From: Camelus dromedarius
Lineage: Eukaryota
DNA: 64,000 nucleotides
Direction of reading: 5' to 3'
Assembly (NCBI RefSeq): GCF_036321535.1
Contig: NC_087438.1
Coordinates: 8,310,001-8,374,000, forward strand
Shown in pieces: positions 11,738-23,075 of this stretch; the stretch's first letter is position 1; the number at the start of each line of letters is the position of its first letter. The notes beneath the pieces are model-generated. The model was not told the DNA's origin. It saw only the letters and a program-made list of their open reading frames with translations, and made no database searches. The position numbers and the translations under genes were made by a program.

Positions 11738-12325
11738 TCTTCATTTGTTCATTCAGTAAGGAAGGCAGGCTTACTGGGTCCAGGTGCTGAGAAGGCATCA
11801 AGACAAAAATCAGACCAAAAGCCCTGCCCTTGTGGAGGTGATGTTCTAGTGGAGAAAATGAACATTGAACAAAATGGACAAGTGGACGACACAGGGCACC
11901 ATCTTTTGTAAAGGCAATGGAGGATAACAGGGCAGGAAAAGATGGGGGGGCCATTTAAGTAGAGTTATCGGAAACGTACTCATTGACAAGGTGACACTGG
12001 AGCAAAGATCTAAAGAGCCGAAGGAACGGGGCATGTGTCTGTCTGGGCTGGATTTGGGGTGGAGGGGGCTGTCTCACTGTGTTAAGCAGAAGTCAATGGC
12101 AAATGCAAAAGCCTTGTGCTGGGAGTGCGTTCCTGGAGAAGCAAGAAGTTTTCTATGCTGGAGCCAAGTAAGCAAGAGGAAGACTCAGGAGATGTGGGAG
12201 AGACTGGGGTGGCAGGCAGCAGATCGCGCAGGGGCTTCTCGGCCCTTTGACTTCTACTCTACATACAGTAGTAACATGAGAGGATTTACACTTTCATAGG
12301 ATTTCTCTGGCAACTACACGGAAAT
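11738..12325 (-). mobile_element. LINE-2 3' portion
   Basis: Starts 'ttcatttgttcattca', then 'ccctgcccttgtggag...ttctagtgg', 'aggtgacactggagcaaagatctaaag' and 'gcaaatgcaaaagccttg'. Confidence 0.75.
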
Positions 12326-14806
12326 AATCTTTATAAGTCACTCAGTAACAGGAATTTCATACAATAACTTAACTTTTTTCCATCCCGGGTTGGGAGGGTC
12401 AAATAAACATATTTGAATATACTGCATAAACTTCATTGCTGTTTCCTGCTCTCCTTGGCCACGCCTCCTTTAGAGCAATTATTTGACTGCATTACAGTTA
12501 CTAGTGCTCATGTTGGCATCCTCACCAGATTTTTTAGTTCTTGAAACCTTGAAAATATCTCTTTCCATTTTTGTACCTGGCACCTCATGCAATGATACCA
12601 CATTGGAGGGACTCAACAAAGATTTGGTGAATATAAGGTATTGCAAAATACAAGAATTATAAACAAGCTATAAAGCAGAGCTCTAAATCAGAATTCACAT
12701 GTTAATAAGCTACTTGTAGAAACACAAACACAAATCTTTGTTCCAAAACCATTCCAGTCGGAACTGTTGGTTTATTCATTGCAGTTCTGCAACTTGACAA
12801 TATAATCAGCTGAGCTGGACCAAATCTGGAATTGCCTGGGTAAATATGGTTTTTAAAACAACTGAGACTAGTTTTCTTAATTGTGCGCATAAAACTTTAA
12901 GAGTAAAATAGCCCAGAAAGGATTTTGCCACTTCGCCTTAGAAATCCTCAGAGTGTCTATTTCTTTTAAATCATATCTGGTTTGACTCTCTGCTTATGTT
13001 TTAGAATGTCACCTCAAGGACCTATTTAGTATGTTTACAGATACAGCTACATGATATAAATTCTGGATTTAAAAAAGAAGTTACTTAAAAATAATTTAAA
13101 CTTAAAAACAGTTTAAATACCCTTCCCATAAAAAATATTTATACTTGGCAACATGGGTAAAGAGCATCTATGCATGTCAGTTAACTTTTTATTTTTTAAA
13201 AAACTTTTTGAATAGTATGCATACACGATGCCCTATAGTTTAAAGGTTCACTGTCACTTGGACCCATTACCTTGATGTTACACAAAGTGGGTGCCTAGAC
13301 ATTATATTCCTAAAGTGAAGCTTAACACTTGTTTACTTTTATATTTAGGCAGTATTATTAAATAACAGTCAATCTGCGGAAAATACTTTCAAAGGTCAAA
13401 GTTTTCTTAAATTACCATCCTCAATCTACACCACTGAGGTTTACTTCCATTCCTTAAAAATGAAAAGATTTCTTCACCATAATATTATTTACATAAACTT
13501 TTAAAACTTTAATTAATGGAAATAAAACATTTCTTAAGAGGTACCCCCTCAGAGTATATGCAAGCCATCCTTTGTTAGCTTCTTTAAAATAAAATTTATC
13601 CATGCTAGGCAATTAACATACTACAACATGTGACAATATGTTTCTGATAAAAATAAGTCAATTCATGTCAACATGGTCATTATTTGTACTTAGTATCTGA
13701 GTTACAAAATCATTCAAATTTCAAATAATACTAATCACGTAAAATGTTAATTTGTGATTTTCATAGTGGAAAGTCATCCTCTGTTGCTATTATTATCCAT
13801 TTGAAAACACTCAACTTTAAAGATAAAAACCTAAAGGCTTTCTAAGGCATTCCATATTTACTATACTCACAATTCTACAATGCACACCTGTCTTACAGAT
13901 ATACAGAAATCTAATATACAACTCCCATAGACTGTCATCTTGTTAAATTACCAGCATTCTAAAATCAATTTGTTTCTTTAATCTCTTGAGTATCAAAATA
14001 TTTTAAGTCTAGCAGTGACAGGTGAAATCTATGAAGTCATTGTAAATTTTGGCTAGTGATTCTCTCAATGAGTTATCTGAACAAAAGCAATCTGCAAACA
14101 GTTATCTGGTAAAGGTTTTCTATAATTATGGAATGTCTGTGTCCCATTTACACCTGCGCAATTTAGAATGAGCAAAACATGCAATTATCGCATTCTAATT
14201 TTAACATAAAGCCCGCCACTGAGAACTAAATTATCTCTATAAGAAAGACAGATGTAATGCAACAAGTTAGGTGTCCAATATATTGAATTTTTACAGTTAC
14301 TTTGTATAGTGACACTGGTTGGGCGATTTTTATGCCTTTATACTCTTATGTATAATTTTTTTTCCTGGGTGAGGTTATTCATTTAATCATACTGAAGAGG
14401 AACAAAAAAGACCCACAATTTCCAAATCAAGTTTTAATTACTAGATAATTCTCACTTAATTATAAATGGCTATTTACGTGGATAATCATAACTTTCATAA
14501 AATCTGAAGTATGTAGCTATGACACACCAAGTTCTACTAAAAACTATTATTAAGCAGTTATAATGGTTAGTTGACGGGGAAACAGCACAAATTCGGTTAT
14601 CTGGCTCTTACAATTTCAACATTAACGCGCTGAACAAACTGACTGATCACCGTGAGGCCGGCAAGCAATTCTATCCATGTTTTCTACACATACCGCTCAA
14701 CCTGCAGTTTTCAAACTTCAGTTAAAACCATCACAAAAAAAAACAACATTCATAATGAAAGCATTTAAAAATCAAATACGTTCAGTTTTCACTTTTTCTC
14801 TATTAC

Positions 14807-15000
14807 CTTTGGAAACAAACGGTCCTTAAATACTTCAAAACTGTAGTCGAGGCAAACAAGTCGACTAGTCACAAAGATGAGGGGTTACTTTTCCCTCCTT
14901 CCCGGGCAGCGGTGCGGGCGGTTCCTGGCGATCTCCCATCCGCTCCTCCCTCCCCGCACCAGGAACCCCCGAGGAGCTCAGAAATCACGAACGGCGTGGA
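14807..15000 (-). other. Candidate non-coding first exon of a minus-strand transcript, TSS approximate
   Basis: CpG-rich segment ending at donor 'tttccaaag|gtaata' (intron starts at 14806). No long ORF. Confidence 0.45.
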
Positions 15001-15180
15001 AAAACAGCCTCAAAAAAGTCAGGACGCCGAATTATCATAGTTTTATTCCTGCTTTCACTTGCAAACAGTTTAAGAGAAAGCAAAACAAGAAGCATCAAGA
15101 CACCGCAAGCCTAGTGGTTGCCGTCTTAAAAGAGAAAAGAATTGAGTTCAGCCAGGCACAAAGGTCTCCATGGCAACAGT
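14820..15180 (-). promoter_or_regulatory. CpG-rich promoter-like element with RFX X-box
   Basis: About 16 CpGs by eye in 14820-15030, GC box 'gggcgg', GTCTCCATGGCAAC at 15164-15177, surrounded by about 3.5 kb with no recognisable repeats. Confidence 0.55.
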
Positions 15181-16162
15181 GAATTTAGACCCCCATCGGC
15201 ATTGTTTATGCAACATTTCATCACAAAAGGACCCTCCCACTGGCCTGCCTAGCAAATTCTAGTTTTCTAATCTTCCATTCCTCTGCCCCGAATTTGTATC
15301 TGGATCCCCAACTGTCTCTCACATAAAAAAAAAAATAGTCCCCACAGAACCATAAAATTATCTCATACTGAATCTAGACTTTGTTTCCTTGGTGAATTCA
15401 AAGGCAGGAGACACATTCAAGACGGTTTAGAGTTCGTTTTCAAAGCCAGTCTAGTTTTATTTCAAAGATGGGCAGAGCCACCAACACAAGTTTATTCGAA
15501 TTTAATTTTTCATTTTTTGAAATGCAATTGTAATTTAAAAGAAGTATAAAATGGGGCAAAGTTTAACCAACCCAAAGGGCTCACAGAAGAGAGAACTTGT
15601 CTAGATGCTGACTTTAAAGCTAAATTTTATTTCCTGATATCCATTCCCATCCACCCTCCTCCAGCTATTACAGTAGCTCAAACACTCCTTTGAGTCTTTT
15701 TACCTGATTTTCCCTCTTTTAGCTACGACTTCCAGAAACATGGATTGAACAATGTATTTTAAACACTTTATTGAACTGTGTGCCAAAATGGACTCAGGTC
15801 ACGTAAAAACTAGATGACCTAGGGCGCGTTATTTAAAACAGAGATAACACCTGCGGTGTAAGTAGGTAACTGTGAGTATTAACAGGTTGATAACTTATTA
15901 AGGAAATACTTTCTTCAATTCTAAAAGTTTATACAACTAAAATTGTTAGGATAATATTTAATGACATTGAAAGGAAAGACTACTAGTATTTAGTATTAGC
16001 TCCAATAAGAACTAAACAGGGTGATTTAAAATTAGGTTTTGATTATTTTTCAAACAATACAAGCGGATTATTAAAAATTCAAACAGTACGTACTTTTATA
16101 AAGTAAAGGGTAGTTCTTATTCCACACACCCCAACAGCCACCGCACCCTCCCTTCAGACAGC

Positions 16163-16505
16163 TGTATGTCCGGCCCTAAGTCATGCACCTGGGTCTAGGT
16201 CTTGACCGACAGTGTTGTCTCTAAGACAGTTTTGCAACGATGGTTCATTGGTTCCTGTGTCTCCTGCTGGTGCAGATTTGATAAGATCCTCTGTTGCTGG
16301 CAAGATGGGTCACTCTCCCTAGGGTGTAGCCCCAGGTGGTGTTTGTGATGCCTGCAGAGCACAGCTCACCCTCATTTCTGTGAAGATGCCCCTGAAACTG
16401 GGCAACTCATGGCCTTACTTCGAAATTCTCTGTGAATAAATCGTTCAGGTCTCTTCTGACATTGAAAACTGAAGAAGAGAATTAAGAGCCAGGGTGATAG
16501 TCTCA
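16163..16505 (+). mobile_element. Possible solo LTR, family unassigned, within an old L1
   Basis: TG...CA ends, AATAAA at about 16435, higher GC than its flanks. No clear TSD. Confidence 0.35.
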
Positions 16506-16559
16506 CCTGTAAGAAAATTACTTTCCCAGGTGAGAACCACCACCACTCACACATCCGCA

Positions 16560-17060
16560 TCAGTTCCCAGCTCTCTCCCTTCCATACCTATTGCCTTCTG
16601 TTTTGGTTGCTTTATGAGGTTTTTTCCCATCTTCCGCTTTATTTCCCTCTACCAGTCCCCTCTCTTTATTTCTGCGCTATTCTTCTTGAGCCTTCTAATT
16701 TCTAATGTGGTTTCATTTCAGAAAGTGGCTTTATTTTTTTTCCTATTTTTCCATGAGCGTTGCCAATTCATTGTTATTCCTTTCACGTCTTTTTTTGACT
16801 TATCGTTATCTCTTTGATTTCATTTCTCCTCCATCATTTTAAATGTCTTCAGGCTATTAAAGAATACGGCCAACTGTCTCTTATGTTTTCTGAGGGTAAT
16901 TTTATTTTCTGGAGTCATACTTTCCCTGCCTTTTGTGTATTATTGTGTTACTTTTTTCTCTTTCCGATTTATTTGTTACTTTTTTGGATAGTGTTAACCC
17001 TCTGTTTTATATTTAAACCTTCCAGTTTATTACTTATTTTTGAATGATGGCAACTATATC
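16560..17060 (-). mobile_element. Ancient L1 fragment
   Basis: Strongly T-rich, degraded sequence resembling antisense L1M. Confidence 0.45.
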
Positions 17061-17369
17061 TTGGCCTGACTTTTGCTTAGTAACATTGGGAAGGAGAAGG
17101 GTGCTGAGCATGAGAGAAGTGAAAACTAATAACGTAGTTCTTGTAACACTTCCCTCAAGATTATTCTCTCTTGTTGGAGCGTGTCCTCCATGGGGCTTTT
17201 TGTCTCTCCTGTGTCCCCCATGACTTCAGAGCTCAGTGTTCCAATGAAGGATGCTGAGTCATGACCCTTCCTTCCTTCCATCCATCTTTCCCTTCTCCCT
17301 TCTTTTTTTAAATGAAACGTACATACTGAATATCTAGAAAGCAGTGTTTAAACTCTGCATACCCTCTTT

Positions 17370-17487
17370 TTGGGGGGTGGGGGTGGTCAAGTTTATTTAT
17401 TTATTTATTAAGTGGAGATACCAGGGATGGAACCCAGGACCTCACGCATGCCAAGTATCTGCTCTACCACTGAGCTATACCCTCCCT
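17370..17487 (-). mobile_element. tRNA-Ala-derived SINE (camelid Vic-1 type)
   Basis: Reverse complement reads 'gggagggtatagctcagtggtagagcag...ggtcctgggttccatccctgg' (pol III A/B boxes) with an (aaat)n tail. TSD ctgc(a/c)taccctcttt at 17355-17369 and 17490-17504. Confidence 0.9.
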
Positions 17488-17749
17488 TACTGCCTACCCT
17501 CTTTATATGAGTTTGTGGCTCATTCTTTTCCTAGTATTACTGTAAATGGAACTGTAATCCTAATTCTTTTGTATGTTTGGTTGATTTTAGTGTTTCCAGG
17601 AAAGAAGTAGAAAGAGCTGGACCTTGCGGAATATCCATAATAATGGTTTAAACTCGATCCTAAAAAAAAGCATAAGTATTTGTTTTTCAAACGATCCAAC
17701 AGTCACTTATAATTTAAAAGACTATCTTTGCAAATAAGGCCTGGAGAGA

Positions 17750-18805
17750 AATCCCCTCAATTGGATAATGAAAAAAATTTCAGAGTTCAATACTGAAAAC
17801 TTCTCCTTAAATATGAGTAAGAAGGTATCATCCACTGCTATCATCACTCACTCTTCTTAACATTGTACCGGAGGTCTTAGGCAAGAAAGTAAAAACAAAA
17901 AGAAACATGGACAAAGATCAATTTTCTTTATGTATATTAACAGCAAAGAAATTAAAACAATAGTAGTATTTATAAATATCATAGAAAAACATCCAATGCT
18001 TAGGAACAAATCTGTGAACGTGGTATAAGACCTCCACACCAAACACTACACAATCCTATTGACATTAAAGCAGACACAGCGATTGGAGGGAAATACCACG
18101 TTTATGGATGGACAGGTTTAATATTACAAAGGTTGCAATCTCCTTGGGTTAACTGATAGATTTAACACAATTCCAATCCAAATCTCAACGTGCTGTTTTT
18201 TTTCAGGGGTGGGAGAGGCTGAAGTAATAGGTAATAGATTCTAAAATGTGCATGAAAACGCACAGTGCCAAGACGAGCAAGCAGCCTTGAAGGACAGAAA
18301 CAAACCTGGAAGGCAGAACCTAACAGATGAGAAGGCACATTACAAAGCTGCAGCAAGTAAGACCATGTGGTGTCCATGGAAGGAGAGACAGAAGGGTGGG
18401 ATGAGAGAGAACCTGGACACCAAGCCACACACAGACCTAACTCATGAGGCTCCTAAAACTGCCCTGCATGGGAAAGACGGTGCTTCCATCTGGTTATCTG
18501 TATGGTGAAGAAATGTACCCTGACTCCCGTCTCAAAAATACACAAAAATCAATTCCATATAAAGTGCTGGTCTATAGGCGGAAGATTAAACAGAAAAGCT
18601 TTGAAAGTAAAATATGGAACACACGCATGACCTTAGAGTAGCCAAGGCTTCCGTGAGCAGGACACAAAAAGTGCTAACCATGAAAGGAATACAAAAGGTG
18701 TAAACTGGTTCATACTAATTGGAAAATTCTGTTTATCAAAGACTCCAGTGAGAAAGTGAAGGAGCAGTAGTGGGAGAAATTTTTCTCTGAGTGTGTGTAT
18801 ATATA

Positions 18806-18836
<31 letters not shown>

Positions 18837-19440
18837 ATACACATATATACATTTCAAAATACTTGAACAAGCACTTTATAAAACAGGATATCCACACAGC
18901 CAATAAACAAATGAAAAGATGTACAACTTCATCACTCACAAAGGATATGCACATTTCAACTTCCATGGGATGTCACTACTTACCCATCAGAAGGGTTAAT
19001 ATAGAAAAGACAGAGGAGAGAAAAGGCCAAACATTGGCAAGTATTGGGTTTTATTAGAACTTTCAAACACTGAGTGGGGATATAAAATGGTACAAGAAAC
19101 TTGATGTGTGTTAATCTCTTTTAAAGCCCTTTATATGCAAACTCTATGTCCCAGAAATTCTGCTCCCAGGTGTACACTCACTAGAAACGTGCTTAAGTGC
19201 ATCAGAAGACATCACCTGTGATGCTCACATCAGCAGTGTTCACATCATCCCCCACTGGCCACCCCTGAAATGCCCAGTTATGAGAATGGACATATATGGT
19301 GTATGTGCTCGATGAAACGCTATTCAACAAAGAAAATAAACTGATAAGTAAAACGCAATACTGTGGCTGCCTCTTACACATCACCTTGAGCAAGCTGTAC
19401 CTGATGGCATTTGCATTTGTTTGTATGTATGTTACACTTA
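17750..19440 (+). mobile_element. Ancient L1 (L1M-type) ORF2 3' part and 3'UTR remnants
   Basis: Residual peptide 'LNKHFIKQDIHTANKQMKRCTTSSLTKDMHISTSMGCHYLPIR' (ORF 18791-19057) is L1 ORF2 C-terminus-like. A-rich + strand. Confidence 0.8.
18791..18850. repeat. (TG)n/(TA)n microsatellite
   Basis: Seen directly. Confidence 0.9.
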
Positions 19441-21060
19441 AAAGATAAAGCCCTAAATTGTTTTCAATCCTAGATTTTGGACATCATAACAGGCATGCAT
19501 GAAAACAGGAGCATTATTTACCTTCTAATGTTCTTGATTTTCTTTTACACATCATTTTAACTTCAGAGGCTTCCAGCAATAGCCTTACCAATTTTGTTTT
19601 AAAAGAAAATAAAAGATTTTTAAGTCTTACAAAATAAAAGTAGAACCAAAGGATGAAGGAATCTCTATTTAACATGGTATCATCAATTTAAAAATAATTC
19701 ACTACGTTGTCCTTCTGGACAAATAATCCAATTTCTCTGACCAAATATAAAGAAAGAAATGACATTTTTAATGTCCTGGTCATTTTTGTCTCCTAACACT
19801 GACAGCTGGGTAGAAGACTAAGTAGCACTAATACAGGAAAGTTTGAATGTTATAAATAAGTGACAGATTTTGTAGTGGCTTGAAATAAGTTTAATGTGAA
19901 TAGTTTGCTTTTTCTTAATTTTAATAAAACCTGATCTTTCAAAGGAACGTATTAAGGACTCTTCCGGAAATTCTGGCTTTTCATTTTCTGAGTATCAGCA
20001 TTCCAGTGGAAAGCTCTAATTCTATTTATTACCCCTCCAGACTCTAAGGTATAAAATTACAAATGATTGACAGTCAAATTACTGAATGTGCTTTCTGAGG
20101 GGCACGGCAAAGCGCCAGCACAAAGACTTCTCCGCAATTAAACAGTTGCAAGGGGTAATATTTCCAGGGCCAGCTCAGCTCTTCATTTGCAGTCTGCACT
20201 TATCTCTGCTGTCTACGGCCAGAATGGATCGCAGGATGTGGGAGAGGAAAGAAAGGGAGAAAAGGAAGAGGAAGGAAGTCAAACCAACAACGCTGGCCTT
20301 TTGCCCAGGGCCTGGTGGTGACAAGGACTCATATAAAACTAAAACCCTCATGCTGCCTGCTGCTGCTAAACGCTGGTGACCTGGTGTGGGACACAGTCAG
20401 AAACGGGACATTCGGTACTTGGAGGCTGGAAATACATGACTTCACACACCAGCTCGTATTTGTGAATCAGTGTAAATCTGACCCTTCCAACTAGGAGTAT
20501 AGGCTTTATATACTAAATCCCATGAATAAAACATACTTTGGTTCTCATTTGCCCTATTGGGGTAAAAAGCTCTTATTTGGGACCTATTGGGGCAAGACAC
20601 ACACCTTCCTTTCTCTATGCCTTAATGAATGCTCATGCAATGACAAATTAAGATGAAAGGATTTCATTGCTCTGCTGTGGCATGAAATTCAGTTCACTGT
20701 ATTCAAAGCACCCTTGGTTTCTCAAACAGGATGGGTAGCTGACCATCCGGTTACAGTTCCACAAACCCCCGGCATCCCTGATGTTGTAAACTGTCCATCC
20801 ATGAAATTCATACAAATGTATATTTTGAGCACAAACAAAGCTTGAAGGCAGGAATCTCCAGTTAGTGAACACACGATTGCGAAGACTGCAAGAGAGTGAA
20901 TTTAAAACACATTTTTAAATGCATTAATTAATGACAGGCAGAAACACATCTGCTCTATAAACTACTCCTAAAATGCCACGCAGTGCAATGGTTTTACAAT
21001 GAATGTATGCTCTTTCCAAGGGCTAGTGACAACGAATGCAGAATTCCTCATCTTTAAAGT

Positions 21061-21170
<110 letters not shown>

Positions 21171-22939
21171 CTTGGCAGAATGCAACATTTTAAATTACAA
21201 AGAGAGTTTCCTTCTGGTAGAACGCAGATGGAAAGTGTCTATCTTATTTTACCCTTTTTTCACATCTCAAGCATGTATTTGAGGCAGTATCTCCTAAGAG
21301 ATAACTCAATGCATCTGACAGCTAAGATTACTGCATCTTAGTCTCCCAGTATTAAAAGCAGCATTTGTTTCGATTTTTTGCATAATTAGCTCATGTCTTT
21401 ATTTGATATTCTTTAACATTTATGTAAAAGGGGTGATCATGAATAATACTCTGTCAAAACAGAGTGGGCCCTGTCTCTGCGGCCGGACTTAGGTATTATG
21501 TCATTGCTCTAGGCGGAGGCACAGAAGGAACACCAAGCAGAAAGCGCACATGACTAAGCATTTTAAGTTCTTCCCGCAAGAACTGTGTTTGGCTAAGACA
21601 CAAGCCAGAGAGAATACTTTAAAAATATTTCTTTGGAAAAAAAAAAAAAAAAGACTAAAGTTCCAAGAAATCAGAGGGGTGCGTTTAAAACAAACATGAG
21701 TAAATTCTGGAAAACGTACATTTCAATACATCAAACGCTACCTCTGCAAATATTCTGGTATCATGACTCTTTGTGTAACACATGCTCCTTGGATATTAGC
21801 ACAATTTTTTACACTTAGCCGGGAATGGTCTGACCTCTCACTTTTAAGATTTAACTGCGTCTTGGGAAGTTATAACGCAGAGGACCGTGGCTACTGATGC
21901 TCTGTCCTGGAGGTGAGAATCACACATGGGTGAACGGGCTCAATATGGCCAGCATCACTGTGATTCTAGTACTTGAGCATTGTTTTTGTGCTTTTTATTT
22001 GCTTCTCAGCGTTTTTTTTTTTAAACTGAGAGCAGTATTTAAATATCTGGTCAGCAGTCTTTCACGAATTGTAGAATATTTGTTCCACGTCTTCTTGAAT
22101 GCCTGAGAACAATCTCTAAGTGTGTCCTCTGTCCTGCAGCGGGGTTGGTGGTGTGTGGAGCAGGGTTAGGGAGCTAACCCAAACAAGTCCAAACTTATCT
22201 GGAATCAAAGGACTCGGTGGGTATTGTAACACTGTATATTAAAAAGATGTCAGTCACTACAGGATCAGTGACTTAGCATTTGTGGAAATGTTACACTCTC
22301 TTTTGAGAATTTTGAAGGATTTTCTACAAGATGTTTTGAACACACCTCTATTTCTGAACGTTACCCAAGTAGGAAAAAACGGAGGCGTCTGACTGTATGA
22401 CACAGCTTCAGCTGGTTCTAGAATTCACACTGCACATCTGAAATAAGTGTGAGGATGCCTACAGCCTGGCTTACAGCTCTTTAGAGCTCCTAAAAACTGA
22501 ATTTGTGCTTCGTTAACTGCAGCCCATCTAGAATGATGTGATTCCTCGGCATTTTCAAGACTTCTCAGGTCATCCAATGGACTGGATGGAAATTAATGCT
22601 CACTTAACTCTGTAGATTTGTGCTATGTTTCCTGTTTCTTGCTCTAAATTCACAATTTTGTCTCCACCAATGCTGTGCTTCCCTTAATTCGCACTTGAGC
22701 ACTCTGGACTGCGGGATATTAAGAAAACATAATGAAGATGAGAAGAGCTGGCATTTTATTGAGGAGGTGACTCCCCACTGGATAACAAGGGGAACTCACC
22801 TCCCACTCCCCTGAAACTGCCTCTGTTCAAACCCTCCTGCCATGAAGAATAGCCACCTTTTTTGTTGTACTAAACAAGCCACTTAAGCACAGAGTGGAAT
22901 TTTAGCATTGTTTCTGCACACGTTCAAATGGAACAAGTC

Positions 22940-23075
22940 ATTCTCTCATTTTAGAGATGAGAAAAGAGATTCAGAAAGATTAAATATTTTGCCCCAAATC
23001 ACACAGATCGTTAGTAGTGACACTTGTTACATGAACTTGAGCAGCTGGACTTCAGAACTGGAGTTCTTCACCACC
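22940..23075 (-). mobile_element. MIR SINE
   Basis: 'ctcattttagagatgagaaaagagattcagaaagattaaatattttgccccaaatcacacag'. Confidence 0.8.
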
